DNA of 64,000 nucleotides from Polyangiaceae bacterium. GTDB lineage: Bacteria > Myxococcota_A > Polyangia > Polyangiales > Polyangiaceae. Location: the NCBI GenBank assembly GCA_965222375.1, contig CBDCTZ010000011.1, positions 320,001-384,000 on the forward strand, written 5' to 3'. The translations under genes and the position numbers were made by a program. The notes beneath the pieces are model-generated. The model was not told the origin of the DNA and did not search any database. It saw only the letters and a list, made by a program, of their open reading frames with translations. Shown here one piece after another: positions 18,353 to 27,350 of this stretch; position 1 is the stretch's first letter; each line of letters opens with the position of its first letter.

Positions 18353-20542
18353 GTGGCGACACCCTCCGCAAAGCCCTCGGCCTCTGAAGCGCTCCGTTCG
18401 GTGCGCGTCCGCACCCCAACTCGGCTGCAAATGGAAGCCACGGAGTGCGGCGCTGCCGCCTTGGCGAGCGTGCTCGAATACCACGGCACCTTCGTGCCGC
18501 TGTCCAAGCTGCGTGAGCAGTGCGGTGTGTCGCGAGACGGCAGCAAGGCCAGCAATGTGCTGAAAGCCGCGCGCAAGTACGGGTTTACGGCCAAAGGGTT
18601 TCGCAAGGAGCCGGCGGAAGTCCGCGCGCTGCCGCTGCCGGTGATCGCGCATTGGAACTTCAACCACTTCTTGGTGGTGGAAGGGTTCAGCGCAAAGCGT
18701 GTCTACTTGAACGACCCGGCGTCCGGGCCAACCAGCGTCAGCGTGGAGGAGTTCAATCACGCCTTCACCGGCGTCGTTCTCACCTTCGAGCCGACCGAGG
18801 ACTACCAGCCGACCGGACGGCGCCCCTCGGTCTTCCGCATGCTGGCGCGCCGCCTTCAAGGGTCGAGCACGTCGGTGTTTTTCGTGGCGCTCGCAGGGCT
18901 GTGCTTGGTGCTGCTCGGCTTGGCCCTGCCGGTCTTTTCGATGGTCTTCGTGGACGAGGTGCTGGTCGGGGGACAGGTAGGCTGGCTGCCCTCGCTGCTC
19001 TTGGCGATGCTGTTGACGGCGGCAGTGTCCGCTGCGCTCACCGGCCTGCAGCGAAGCTACCTCTTGAAGCTGATGACGCGGCTAGGCGTGAAGATGTCTT
19101 CGCGCTTCTTGTGGCACTCGCTCCGGCTGCCCGTGGGCTTCTACCTAGCGCGCTCGCCTGGCGATCTCGCGGAGCGCGTTCGCTCGAACGAGATGGTGGC
19201 GCAGACGTTGTCCGGCCGCGTCTCTGGCGTCTTGCTCGATCTGGTGCTCGTCGGCTTCTACGCGGCCTTCATGCTCTACCTGGATCCATGGCTGACGCTG
19301 ATCGGCTTCGGAACCCTGGCCGCGCACATCTTGCTGCTGCGCGGCGCAGCGCGCATACGAACCGACCTCAGCCGACAAGTGGCTCAGCACGGCGGCAAGC
19401 TCGCTGGCGTATCGGCGGGTGGGCTGCAGATGATCGAAACGATCAAGGGCACCGGCTCGGAATCCGAATTTTTCGGCCAATGGGCAGGGTACCAAGCCAA
19501 GCTGCTCTCTGCCCAGCAGGCTCTGGCTCGCAAGGACCAGTACCTGCTGATCGCGAGCGACTTACTCTCACGCGGCAACTCGCTGCTAGTTCTGTCCGTT
19601 GGAGCGTTGCGGGTCATGGATGGCCACATGAGCCTTGGCATGCTGGTGGCATTCCAGGCCCTGATGGTGAGCTTCATCCAGCCTGTCGAGAGCTTGGCGG
19701 AGGTCGGCGCCGGGCTGCAGCAGCTGCGCGGGAACCTCGAGCGGCTCGACGACGTGCTCGGGCACGAACGCGACGAGCAAGTGCCCGAGGAGAGCGTTGA
19801 CGAAGCCGAGCCGCCAAGGCGACTGACCGGCCAACTGGAGCTCAAAGGTGTGACATTCGGCTACCTGCCGTTCTCCCCGCCCTTGGTGGATGACCTCGAT
19901 CTGCAGATCGCGCCCGGTCAGCGAATTGCGTTGGTGGGCAGCAGCGGCAGCGGCAAGTCTACCGTCGCCAAGCTGGTCTGCGGGCTGTACCCGCCGTGGC
20001 AGGGAGAGATATACTTCGACGGGGCGCCGCGCGACTCCCTGCCGCGTTCTGCGATCGCAGCTTCGGTAGCACTCGTCGACCAGGAGGTGACGCTATTCGA
20101 GGGCACGATCCGAGAGAACCTGACCCTCTGGGATGACACGGTGCCCGAGGCCGACGTGGTCCAGGCCGCGAAAGATGCTTGCATTCACGACGACATTGCC
20201 AGGCTTCCAGGCGGCTACAACGCGACCATGCTCGAGGGCGGCGCGAACTTCAGCGGCGGTCAGCGTCAGCGCCTGGAGATCGCTCGCGCGCTGGTGCGTC
20301 AGCCATCGTTGGTGGTTCTCGACGAGGCGACCAGCGCCCTCGACCCTGAAACCGAGCAGCGAGTGGACGCCAACCTGAGGCGGCGCGGCTGCAGCTGTCT
20401 GATCATCGCTCACCGCCTCAGCACCATTCGCGATTCCGACGAAATAATCGTTCTCGAATCCGGTCAGGTCGTTCAGCGTGGCTCCCATGAGGAGCTGTTC
20501 GCCGAGGGCGGCCTGTACCGCGAGCTCATCACGACTGGGTAA
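18353..20542 (+). CDS. NHLP-type ABC exporter with C39 peptidase, permease and ATPase domains
   Basis: C39 residues in QMEATECGAAAL, HWNFNHFLV, YLNDPA. Walker A GSSGSGKS, signature FSGGQRQR, Walker B VLDEATSALD. Confidence 0.95.
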   Translation: MATPSAKPSASEALRSVRVRTPTRLQMEATECGAAALASVLEYHGTFVPLSKLREQCGVSRDGSKASNVLKAARKYGFTAKGFRKEPAEVRALPLPVIAHWNFNHFLVVEGFSAKRVYLNDPASGPTSVSVEEFNHAFTGVVLTFEPTEDYQPTGRRPSVFRMLARRLQGSSTSVFFVALAGLCLVLLGLALPVFSMVFVDEVLVGGQVGWLPSLLLAMLLTAAVSAALTGLQRSYLLKLMTRLGVKMSSRFLWHSLRLPVGFYLARSPGDLAERVRSNEMVAQTLSGRVSGVLLDLVLVGFYAAFMLYLDPWLTLIGFGTLAAHILLLRGAARIRTDLSRQVAQHGGKLAGVSAGGLQMIETIKGTGSESEFFGQWAGYQAKLLSAQQALARKDQYLLIASDLLSRGNSLLVLSVGALRVMDGHMSLGMLVAFQALMVSFIQPVESLAEVGAGLQQLRGNLERLDDVLGHERDEQVPEESVDEAEPPRRLTGQLELKGVTFGYLPFSPPLVDDLDLQIAPGQRIALVGSSGSGKSTVAKLVCGLYPPWQGEIYFDGAPRDSLPRSAIAASVALVDQEVTLFEGTIRENLTLWDDTVPEADVVQAAKDACIHDDIARLPGGYNATMLEGGANFSGGQRQRLEIARALVRQPSLVVLDEATSALDPETEQRVDANLRRRGCSCLIIAHRLSTIRDSDEIIVLESGQVVQRGSHEELFAEGGLYRELITTG

Positions 20543-23457
20543 TGGCGATGAGCATGACACCCGAAGACATCGCTTGGCTGAAGCAGCACTTCGGTGAGCT
20601 TTGCGAAGAAATCGTGGTGGAGGGCGACGAGCCGCTGCTGCTCGATGACCCGGAGTTTGCCTACGTGACCCAGGCCCCGCAGCATCAGCTGTTTTGCGTG
20701 GGGTATCGCGATGGCGCCGCGGCGGGTCGACGCGAGCACATTGCGCTGTGCCGCCCGGGGCAGCTTCTGTTGGGGCTTGGCCCGAGCACGGGGGACCAAC
20801 CGACGGCGCTGCTTTTGTCGGGTATGGCGGGCAGTCATGTCCTGCGACTTTCTGCCAAGACTCTGTTCGAGGCGATCGCCGATCCTCGCGTGCAGCGCCT
20901 ATTCGATGGCTGGATCGAGCTTCTGGCGTCGACCGTGCCAGCCGCGCCCGTCCCGACTCGTTGCCGCGCGGTGACGGCCGGCGAGAGCTTGGCCCTTTCG
21001 GAAGCCGCGCCGCTCCGCGCAAAGCAAGGCATGGTGTGGGTCGAGCTTCCGCGCACACCGAGCCGTTACGGTGGTGTGGATCTCGACGAGCTGCAGCCGC
21101 CATCCGTGCATTGGCCGATCACGGAGACCGTGTGGGCGCTTGCCGAGGGCGGCGAGGTACGCGCGACAGGCAGTCGAGAGCTCCTCGACGCGTCGGCGAG
21201 CGGCGCTTTCGCACAGCCGTTCTACGACTTCATCGTCGCTTTGCTCGAGAAGCGTCGGGTTTCGCTCGAACGCGCGCGCCTCGAGCGCGACTTGGTCTCA
21301 CGCGAGGCCGAAGGCCGATTCGTATCCGATTCCTTGCAGAAGCTTGCGGCAGTTGGACGCGGCGAGCTGCTCCCGCCGGACGTCGGCCGCGGAGATTCAT
21401 TTCAACAAGCCTGTCGCACGATCGCGATCTGGCTCGGCATCGAGCCACCTCATGTGCCGTCTCCGGCAGGGCCAGCGCTCAGTCACATGCAAACGGCGCT
21501 CTCGCGCGTGACCGGCATGAGAATGCGCCCGGTGCTGCTCGAAGGCGCCTGGCACAAACACGATGCGGGGGCCCTGCTCGGCTTTGTCATGGAGGATGAA
21601 GACGAGCTCGTGCTGCACCCAGTCGCGCTACTGCCAACGCCAGGCGGCTACCAGCTCGATGACCCCAGCCAGGACGATGGGCGCCCGGTGACCGCTGAGC
21701 TGGCCGAGCAGCTTCACCCACAAGCCTATCAGTTCTATTGCCCCCTGCCCGATCGCCCACTGTCCCCCCTCGACGTGCTGCGTTTTTCGAGCCGCCGCGC
21801 GCTCCGGGATGTCACATTTGTGCTCGTTGTCGGCGCGGTGCTGGGCGCCCTCGGCATGCTGATCCCGCTGCTCACGGGTCATGTGGTCGACCATCTGATC
21901 CCCGGCGCCGAACGTGGCTTGCTGCTGCAGCTCACGCTGGTGCTGGTCTGCGTCTATCTCGGCCAGGCGCTGCTGGACGTCGCCCGGGGCCTGTCGCTGG
22001 TTCGCGCGCAAACCCGCATGGACGCAACCCTCGAGGCTGCGATCTGGGATCGCTTGTTGGGGCTTCCGCTACCGTTCTTCCGAAAGTACTCCGCGGGTGA
22101 CCTGTCCTCCCGGGCGGCCGGCATCGGCGCCATCCGCGAAGTGCTCGCCGGCACGACTCTGTCCGCGCTGCTCGGGGGCCTGTTCTCGATCTGGAACGTC
22201 GGCCTCTTGTTCTGGATCGATTCGCGCTTGGCGTTTGCAGCCACGGGGCTTGCCATCGTCGCGGCCATCCCAGCCGGGCTCGCGGCTCACTACGGCCTCA
22301 AGCAGGAGCGTCGGGTGGCCGACTACGATGGCAAGATCGGCGGTCTCCTGCTCCAGCTGCTGAGCGGCATCTCCAAGCTGCGCGTCAGCGGTGCCGAGAA
22401 TCGTGCGTTTGCCGTGTGGGCGCGTCTTTTCGCCGGGCGGCGGGATGCGGACTTGCGCGCAGAGTGGGTCAACGTGCGCGTTGCCGTGTTCCAGAGCGCG
22501 TTTCCGATCGTCTCCAGCATGGTTCTGTTCTGGATGCTCGCGGGTGGCGGGCAGCAGACGATCAGCACCGGGCAGTTCTTGGCGTTCAGCGCCGCGTTCG
22601 GCACTTTCCTGTTTGCCGTGCTGCACGTGATCGAGTCGGGGCTGGAATCGCTCTCGGTCATCCCGATGTACGAACGGGCCAAGCCGATCTTGACGCAGCC
22701 CGCGGAGAGCCACGGGGGCGGGCAGCGTGTCGAGCTCAGCGGAGACATCGAGGTCAACCACGTCTCGTTCCGTTACCACCCTGATGGGCCGCTCGTGCTC
22801 GACGATGTGAGCCTGCAGATCGGCGCCGACGAATTCGTTGCCTTGGTCGGTCCGTCTGGCTCGGGCAAGTCCACCTTGCTTCGATTGCTGCTCGGATTCG
22901 AAACCTGCACTGAGGGCGGCGTGTTCTACGACGGCCAGGCGCTCTCCAACCTCGACGTGCGGGTCGTCCGCCAACAGGTTGGAGTGGTGATGCAGAACAG
23001 TCAGGTGATGGCTGGCGACATCTACAAGAACATCGTGGGCAGCACCGGGCTCACCATCGATGACGCCTGGCGCGCTGCTCGTCAGGCCGCCCTGGCCGAA
23101 AGCATCGAAGCCATGCCCATGGGCATGCACACGGTCATCTCGCAAGGCGGCGGCACGCTTTCGGGAGGGCAGCGTCAGCGGCTATTGATCGCTCGTGCGC
23201 TGGCGGCGAAGCCGCGCATCCTCTTCTTCGACGAAGCTACCAGCGCGTTGGACAATGTGACTCAGGCGGCTGTGAGTCAGAGTCTCGAGAGCCTGCGAGT
23301 GACTCGTGTGGTGATTGCGCATCGCTTGAGCACGATTCGGCAGGCGGATCGGATTGTAGTTTTGGAGGCTGGGCGAGTCGTTCAGACGGGCCGGTTCGAC
23401 GAGCTGATGGCGGAGGAGGGACCGTTTCGAGTGTTGGCGGAGCGCCAGATGCTGTGA
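20542..23457 (+). CDS. NHLP-type ABC exporter permease/ATPase, second subunit (no active peptidase)
   Basis: Long N-terminal region, TM domain, GPSGSGKS, LSGGQRQR, FFDEATSALD. Overlaps the upstream stop (TAATG). Confidence 0.93.
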   Translation: MAMSMTPEDIAWLKQHFGELCEEIVVEGDEPLLLDDPEFAYVTQAPQHQLFCVGYRDGAAAGRREHIALCRPGQLLLGLGPSTGDQPTALLLSGMAGSHVLRLSAKTLFEAIADPRVQRLFDGWIELLASTVPAAPVPTRCRAVTAGESLALSEAAPLRAKQGMVWVELPRTPSRYGGVDLDELQPPSVHWPITETVWALAEGGEVRATGSRELLDASASGAFAQPFYDFIVALLEKRRVSLERARLERDLVSREAEGRFVSDSLQKLAAVGRGELLPPDVGRGDSFQQACRTIAIWLGIEPPHVPSPAGPALSHMQTALSRVTGMRMRPVLLEGAWHKHDAGALLGFVMEDEDELVLHPVALLPTPGGYQLDDPSQDDGRPVTAELAEQLHPQAYQFYCPLPDRPLSPLDVLRFSSRRALRDVTFVLVVGAVLGALGMLIPLLTGHVVDHLIPGAERGLLLQLTLVLVCVYLGQALLDVARGLSLVRAQTRMDATLEAAIWDRLLGLPLPFFRKYSAGDLSSRAAGIGAIREVLAGTTLSALLGGLFSIWNVGLLFWIDSRLAFAATGLAIVAAIPAGLAAHYGLKQERRVADYDGKIGGLLLQLLSGISKLRVSGAENRAFAVWARLFAGRRDADLRAEWVNVRVAVFQSAFPIVSSMVLFWMLAGGGQQTISTGQFLAFSAAFGTFLFAVLHVIESGLESLSVIPMYERAKPILTQPAESHGGGQRVELSGDIEVNHVSFRYHPDGPLVLDDVSLQIGADEFVALVGPSGSGKSTLLRLLLGFETCTEGGVFYDGQALSNLDVRVVRQQVGVVMQNSQVMAGDIYKNIVGSTGLTIDDAWRAARQAALAESIEAMPMGMHTVISQGGGTLSGGQRQRLLIARALAAKPRILFFDEATSALDNVTQAAVSQSLESLRVTRVVIAHRLSTIRQADRIVVLEAGRVVQTGRFDELMAEEGPFRVLAERQML

Positions 23458-23661
23458 TCGTGCGGCGCCTTGGCAACCCGATGCGAGCCATCGAAAGCGC
23501 CTGAGCCCTGCGTGCGCTCGGAAGCCACATGCTTGGCTCATCCCAAGCCATGTGTTGTTTGGGGACTGTGGAGCTTTGTGGCTCCCAACTACGCCGCGAC
23601 ATCCGGACCGCGGCACCAGTGATCGATTTGGTGGCGAGCCTGGCACGCTGCGTGCACGGTG

Positions 23662-23696
23662 TTGACAACAAACGAGTCGTGCTATTTGACTATGCT
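23662..23696 (+). promoter_or_regulatory. Possible sigma70-type promoter for precursor B
   Basis: TTGACA at 23662. Candidate -10 elements TATTTG (23683) and TATGCT (23691) have non-optimal spacing. Confidence 0.3.
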
Positions 23697-23732
23697 AGGT
23701 AACAGTACCCGGCCGCCCAGGAGGGAGCATTC

Positions 23733-24077
23733 ATGTCAGTACAGACCGTCATCGATTTCATCACCAAGGTCGAGGAAGACCCCAAGCTCGCCGACGCCGT
23801 CGGAGAGGCAAAGTCCGAGAACCTGGAGCAGCTGTGCGATGTGGCGCGCAAAGCCGGCTTTGATTTCACAGTCGATGACTGGAAGACTGCTGTCACGCCG
23901 CCTGAATCCCGAGAGCTGGACGACGATGAGCTCGCCCAGGTGAGCGGTGGCGTCGACCCCCGCACAAAGCCGAGGAAGCAACTTCCAAGAACGCTCAAAC
24001 CCTTTGGCAAAACCATTGCCAACCCCAACGACCTCGCCAAAGGTTTGGATTGGTCGATTGGACGACTAACCGTCTAG
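23733..24077 (+). CDS. Nif11-like leader RiPP precursor peptide B (73 aa leader + 41 aa core)
   Basis: AGGAGGGAG RBS. Leader MSVQTVIDFITKVEEDPKL...VARKAGFDFTVDDW...ELDDDELAQVSGG. Confidence 0.92.
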   Translation: MSVQTVIDFITKVEEDPKLADAVGEAKSENLEQLCDVARKAGFDFTVDDWKTAVTPPESRELDDDELAQVSGGVDPRTKPRKQLPRTLKPFGKTIANPNDLAKGLDWSIGRLTV

Positions 24078-25148
24078 GTGAAGGCGTTGCACAGCAGTGC
24101 CGCAGCTCGGCCGAGAGCGGTGACCGAACAGCGCGGGCTCGAAAACCTGCTCGACCGGTACCTCCTGATGCGACGTGGCGAGTCTCTGTTGGTCGTCACC
24201 GACGCGGCCCTGCAGGGCCTGCTCGACGCGCTGAGCCCGATCTGCCACGCGCGCGGCATTGACCTCGCAACGTGGATCATCACTCCAGAAACCGCCTTCG
24301 ACATCGAGCGAATCCGCGCTGCCGACGCGGTCCTCTTGCTGCAACAGCACAAGAGTTTTTTCGGCTCGGAGCTCAAAGAGCTGCTGGCGCAAGAGCCGGG
24401 GCGCTGGCGCTTTCATCGACTCTTCGGTAGTTCGCCCCACACGCTCGCCCAGTCATTCAACGTACCGATGCCAGAACTGGAGGCGCTGAACGGAAGTGTT
24501 CTCAGCACGATAACGAGTGCTTCTCGCGTTGTCGTGACCAGTGCTGCGGGAACCGACCTTTCGTTTTGCGTGGCCCCAGGCGCCACCTGGACGTCCAACT
24601 TCGGCAGTACCGGTGGCAACTTGCCAGCGACGCTGCCGCCGGGAGAGGTGGCTTCCTACAGCACCACGGTGAGCGGGCGTTTGGTTGCCGACGGTAGCTT
24701 GAACGCGAACTTCAACTCGGTGCTGGCATTCGACGCTCGGCTCGGCCGAAACCCGATCACGCTAGAGCTCGAGGATTCACGTGTAACGTCCCATGCGTGT
24801 GAGCACGAGTCGATCGAGACCATGCTGCGAGACTTTTTCGCTTACGAGAACGCCGACCGTGTGGGCGAGATCGGTTTCGGGACCAATATCGGCATGGATC
24901 GGTTCGCAAAGAGCCCCTGCTTGGCGAACGAGCGTTGGCCAGGATTTCACTTGGGCCTCGGCGAGCACAACCAACCCTACAGCCGGGTCCTCTGGGGCTG
25001 CCCGCTCCACCTCGACTTGATCCTGGCCGCTCCGGTGATTCGCGCGGACGACACGGTGATCTTTGAAAACGGAAGCTGGGTGAGGAGTGCCCTGCTCGCT
25101 GCACCCGCAGAGGGCAGCGTCGAACTAGGACTGAGCGACATCGTATGA
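24078..25148 (+). CDS. M29 (thermophilic metallo-aminopeptidase)-like protein
   Basis: TSAAGTDLSF, LPPGEV, GRLVADG, GEIGFGTN, NERWPGFHLGLG, HLDLIL give the E/E/E/H/H/D metal-ligand pattern. Start may be GTG 24120. Confidence 0.8.
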   Translation: MKALHSSAAARPRAVTEQRGLENLLDRYLLMRRGESLLVVTDAALQGLLDALSPICHARGIDLATWIITPETAFDIERIRAADAVLLLQQHKSFFGSELKELLAQEPGRWRFHRLFGSSPHTLAQSFNVPMPELEALNGSVLSTITSASRVVVTSAAGTDLSFCVAPGATWTSNFGSTGGNLPATLPPGEVASYSTTVSGRLVADGSLNANFNSVLAFDARLGRNPITLELEDSRVTSHACEHESIETMLRDFFAYENADRVGEIGFGTNIGMDRFAKSPCLANERWPGFHLGLGEHNQPYSRVLWGCPLHLDLILAAPVIRADDTVIFENGSWVRSALLAAPAEGSVELGLSDIV

Positions 25149-25220
25149 AGGGGCCTGACGAGTATCTGAGTCGAATTCGACCTCAGCGACATCGTATGAC
25201 GAGGCCAGCCAAGTATCTGA
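25119..25220 (+). repeat. Two-copy 51-bp tandem duplication covering the peptidase 3' end
   Basis: 25119-25169 vs 25170-25220, 41/51 identical. The copies encode VELGLSDIV* and VEFDLSDIV*. Confidence 0.85.
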
Positions 25221-25235
25221 TGGGCCCTGGCAGCG

Positions 25236-27212
25236 ATGGTTGACGTTTGCCTCATCTCGATGCCCTTCGCCGCCATCGAGAATCCGTCCCTCGCCCTGGG
25301 CATCCTGAAGGCCAGCTTGGACAAGACGAAGCTCGAGGCCATCTGTCTCTATCCTGGCTTTGAGTTGGCCGAGCAGATAGGACCCGAGGTCTACCAGGCC
25401 ATCGCAGCATCACGCCCAGAGATGCATGCTGGAGATTGGGTCTTCTCAGGCGCTGCTTTCCCTGGACACGACGCCGCGCGAAGTCAGTTCCTCGATCGCC
25501 AACGGAGCGGTCTCGATGCCTCGACCCTCGAGCGGGTGGCGGAGCAAGCGAGCGCGTTCGTGGCCCGCGTGGCGAAGAAGGTCGTCGATACTGGGGCACG
25601 CATCGTCGGCTGTACGTCCGTTTTCCAGCAACATGTCGCCTCTCTGGCCTTGCTCCGGGCAGTCAAGGAACTCGACCCAAACGTGGTCACCATGATCGGC
25701 GGGGGGAACTGCGAAGCGGAGATGGGAGTGACCACTCTGCAGCAATTCGAATGGGTCGACTTCGTCGTTTCCGGTGAATCGGACCTCCTGTTCGCGGAGC
25801 TCTGCGAGACCATCATCCAGCACGGCCCGGCAGCTGCGTCGCGTCTCGGGCTTGTGGGCGTGCTTGGGCCAGAGCAGCGGCAAAAAAAGAGCCTCCTGGT
25901 GCTGGCAGAGCCCGCCGACGTCCCGCGGGCCGTCGTTGACGATCTCGACCAGGTACCGATGCCCGACTTCGATGACTACTTCGAAGAGCTGTCGCGCTCG
26001 CCGATCAACAAGGCCATCACTCCAGGTCTGCTCATGGAAACGTCGCGCGGCTGCTGGTGGGGACAGATCAAGCATTGCACTTTCTGCGGATTCAACGGCG
26101 AATCGATGCCCTTCCGCGCGAAGTCCAGCTCGCGAGTCCTCGAGGAACTCGCCACCCTCTCGCAGCGATACGGCGTCGACCGAATTCAGATGGTCGACAA
26201 CATCCTATCGCGGGATCATCTCAAGACCGTCATTGTCGAACTCGCCGCGGCGCGTGCCCCATACAAGCTATTTTACCACACGAAAGCGAACCTGAGCCGC
26301 GACGAAATTAGCGTCCTGTCAGACGCGGGTGTTCGGTTCATCCAGCCGGGGCTCGAGGGTATGCATCGAGGTGCCCTCGACCTGCTCGCCAAGGGCACCA
26401 GCCCGGTGGTGAACGTGCAATCCCTCAAGTGGGCCCGCGAGCACGGCGTGCGGATGATGTGGAACATGCTCACCGGCCTTCCAGGAGAAGAGCTCGAATG
26501 GTATCGCGAGACGGCAGCCTGGCTACCGCTGATCTCCCACCTGCAACCGCCTGCTGGCGGTATGGCGCGGGTCCGCTTCGACCGATTCAGTCCCTATTAT
26601 CTCCGATCAGAGGAGCACGGTCTGGAGCTTCGACCGTACCCTGCCATCGGTCTCGTCTATCCTTCCGTACCGGAGACTGCGCTGTCCGATCTCGCGTACT
26701 TCTTTTTCGATCGATCGCACGCGGCCAGCACCCTACGTAAAGCCGACACGGCCGAGGTGCAGGCGTTACGTCATGCGCTTGGGAGTTGGATCGACTTGTG
26801 GCGCACGGAGCGGCACGGAAAAGAACTGCCAGCTCTCGAGCGGCGTCGCGTCGGTGACGCCGTGCTCGTCACGGATACTCGACCGATTGCGACTGCCCGT
26901 GAGCACACGCTGGAGGGCTTGGACGCCGTGGTCTTGGATCTCTGCGACGAAGCCCCATCGTTTAGTGGCTTGCTCCGGCGACTCAAACAAGGCCAGCCCG
27001 ACGTCGAGCCCACTGCCGTCCGTGCGAGCCTAAGTGCCTTGACGGCGGCCAAGCTCGTCCTCGAGCTCGATGAGCGCCTCGTCGGGCTGCCCGTGCGACC
27101 CGGCCGTGACATTCCTGCGCGAAGCGAGTTCCCGGGTGGCGTGTTCCAGGAGTGGAAGCTCGCCCCGACTGCCGCCGAAGTGCCGTGGGAACTTAGCGCC
27201 ACCTCCGCGTGA
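25236..27212 (+). CDS. RiPP maturation cobalamin-dependent (class B) radical SAM C-methyltransferase
   Basis: LISMPF..PSLALGILKA, GCTSVFQQ, GGGNCE, VVSGESD, ETSRG-CWWGQIKHCTFC (CX7CX2C), HLQPP, RFDRFSPY. Confidence 0.92.
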   Translation: MVDVCLISMPFAAIENPSLALGILKASLDKTKLEAICLYPGFELAEQIGPEVYQAIAASRPEMHAGDWVFSGAAFPGHDAARSQFLDRQRSGLDASTLERVAEQASAFVARVAKKVVDTGARIVGCTSVFQQHVASLALLRAVKELDPNVVTMIGGGNCEAEMGVTTLQQFEWVDFVVSGESDLLFAELCETIIQHGPAAASRLGLVGVLGPEQRQKKSLLVLAEPADVPRAVVDDLDQVPMPDFDDYFEELSRSPINKAITPGLLMETSRGCWWGQIKHCTFCGFNGESMPFRAKSSSRVLEELATLSQRYGVDRIQMVDNILSRDHLKTVIVELAAARAPYKLFYHTKANLSRDEISVLSDAGVRFIQPGLEGMHRGALDLLAKGTSPVVNVQSLKWAREHGVRMMWNMLTGLPGEELEWYRETAAWLPLISHLQPPAGGMARVRFDRFSPYYLRSEEHGLELRPYPAIGLVYPSVPETALSDLAYFFFDRSHAASTLRKADTAEVQALRHALGSWIDLWRTERHGKELPALERRRVGDAVLVTDTRPIATAREHTLEGLDAVVLDLCDEAPSFSGLLRRLKQGQPDVEPTAVRASLSALTAAKLVLELDERLVGLPVRPGRDIPARSEFPGGVFQEWKLAPTAAEVPWELSATSA

Positions 27213-27350
27213 CGCGGAAAGGCGCTCGAGGTGTGTTGAGACAATGGTGGACCAACCCCAGAGCATGCGTCCTAGGGGTCGGCCGTTGCCGAACTTCTTC
27301 TCCAGCGCTTGCCCTACGTTTCCTCCACCTGTGGCCGTGCGGCTGACGTT

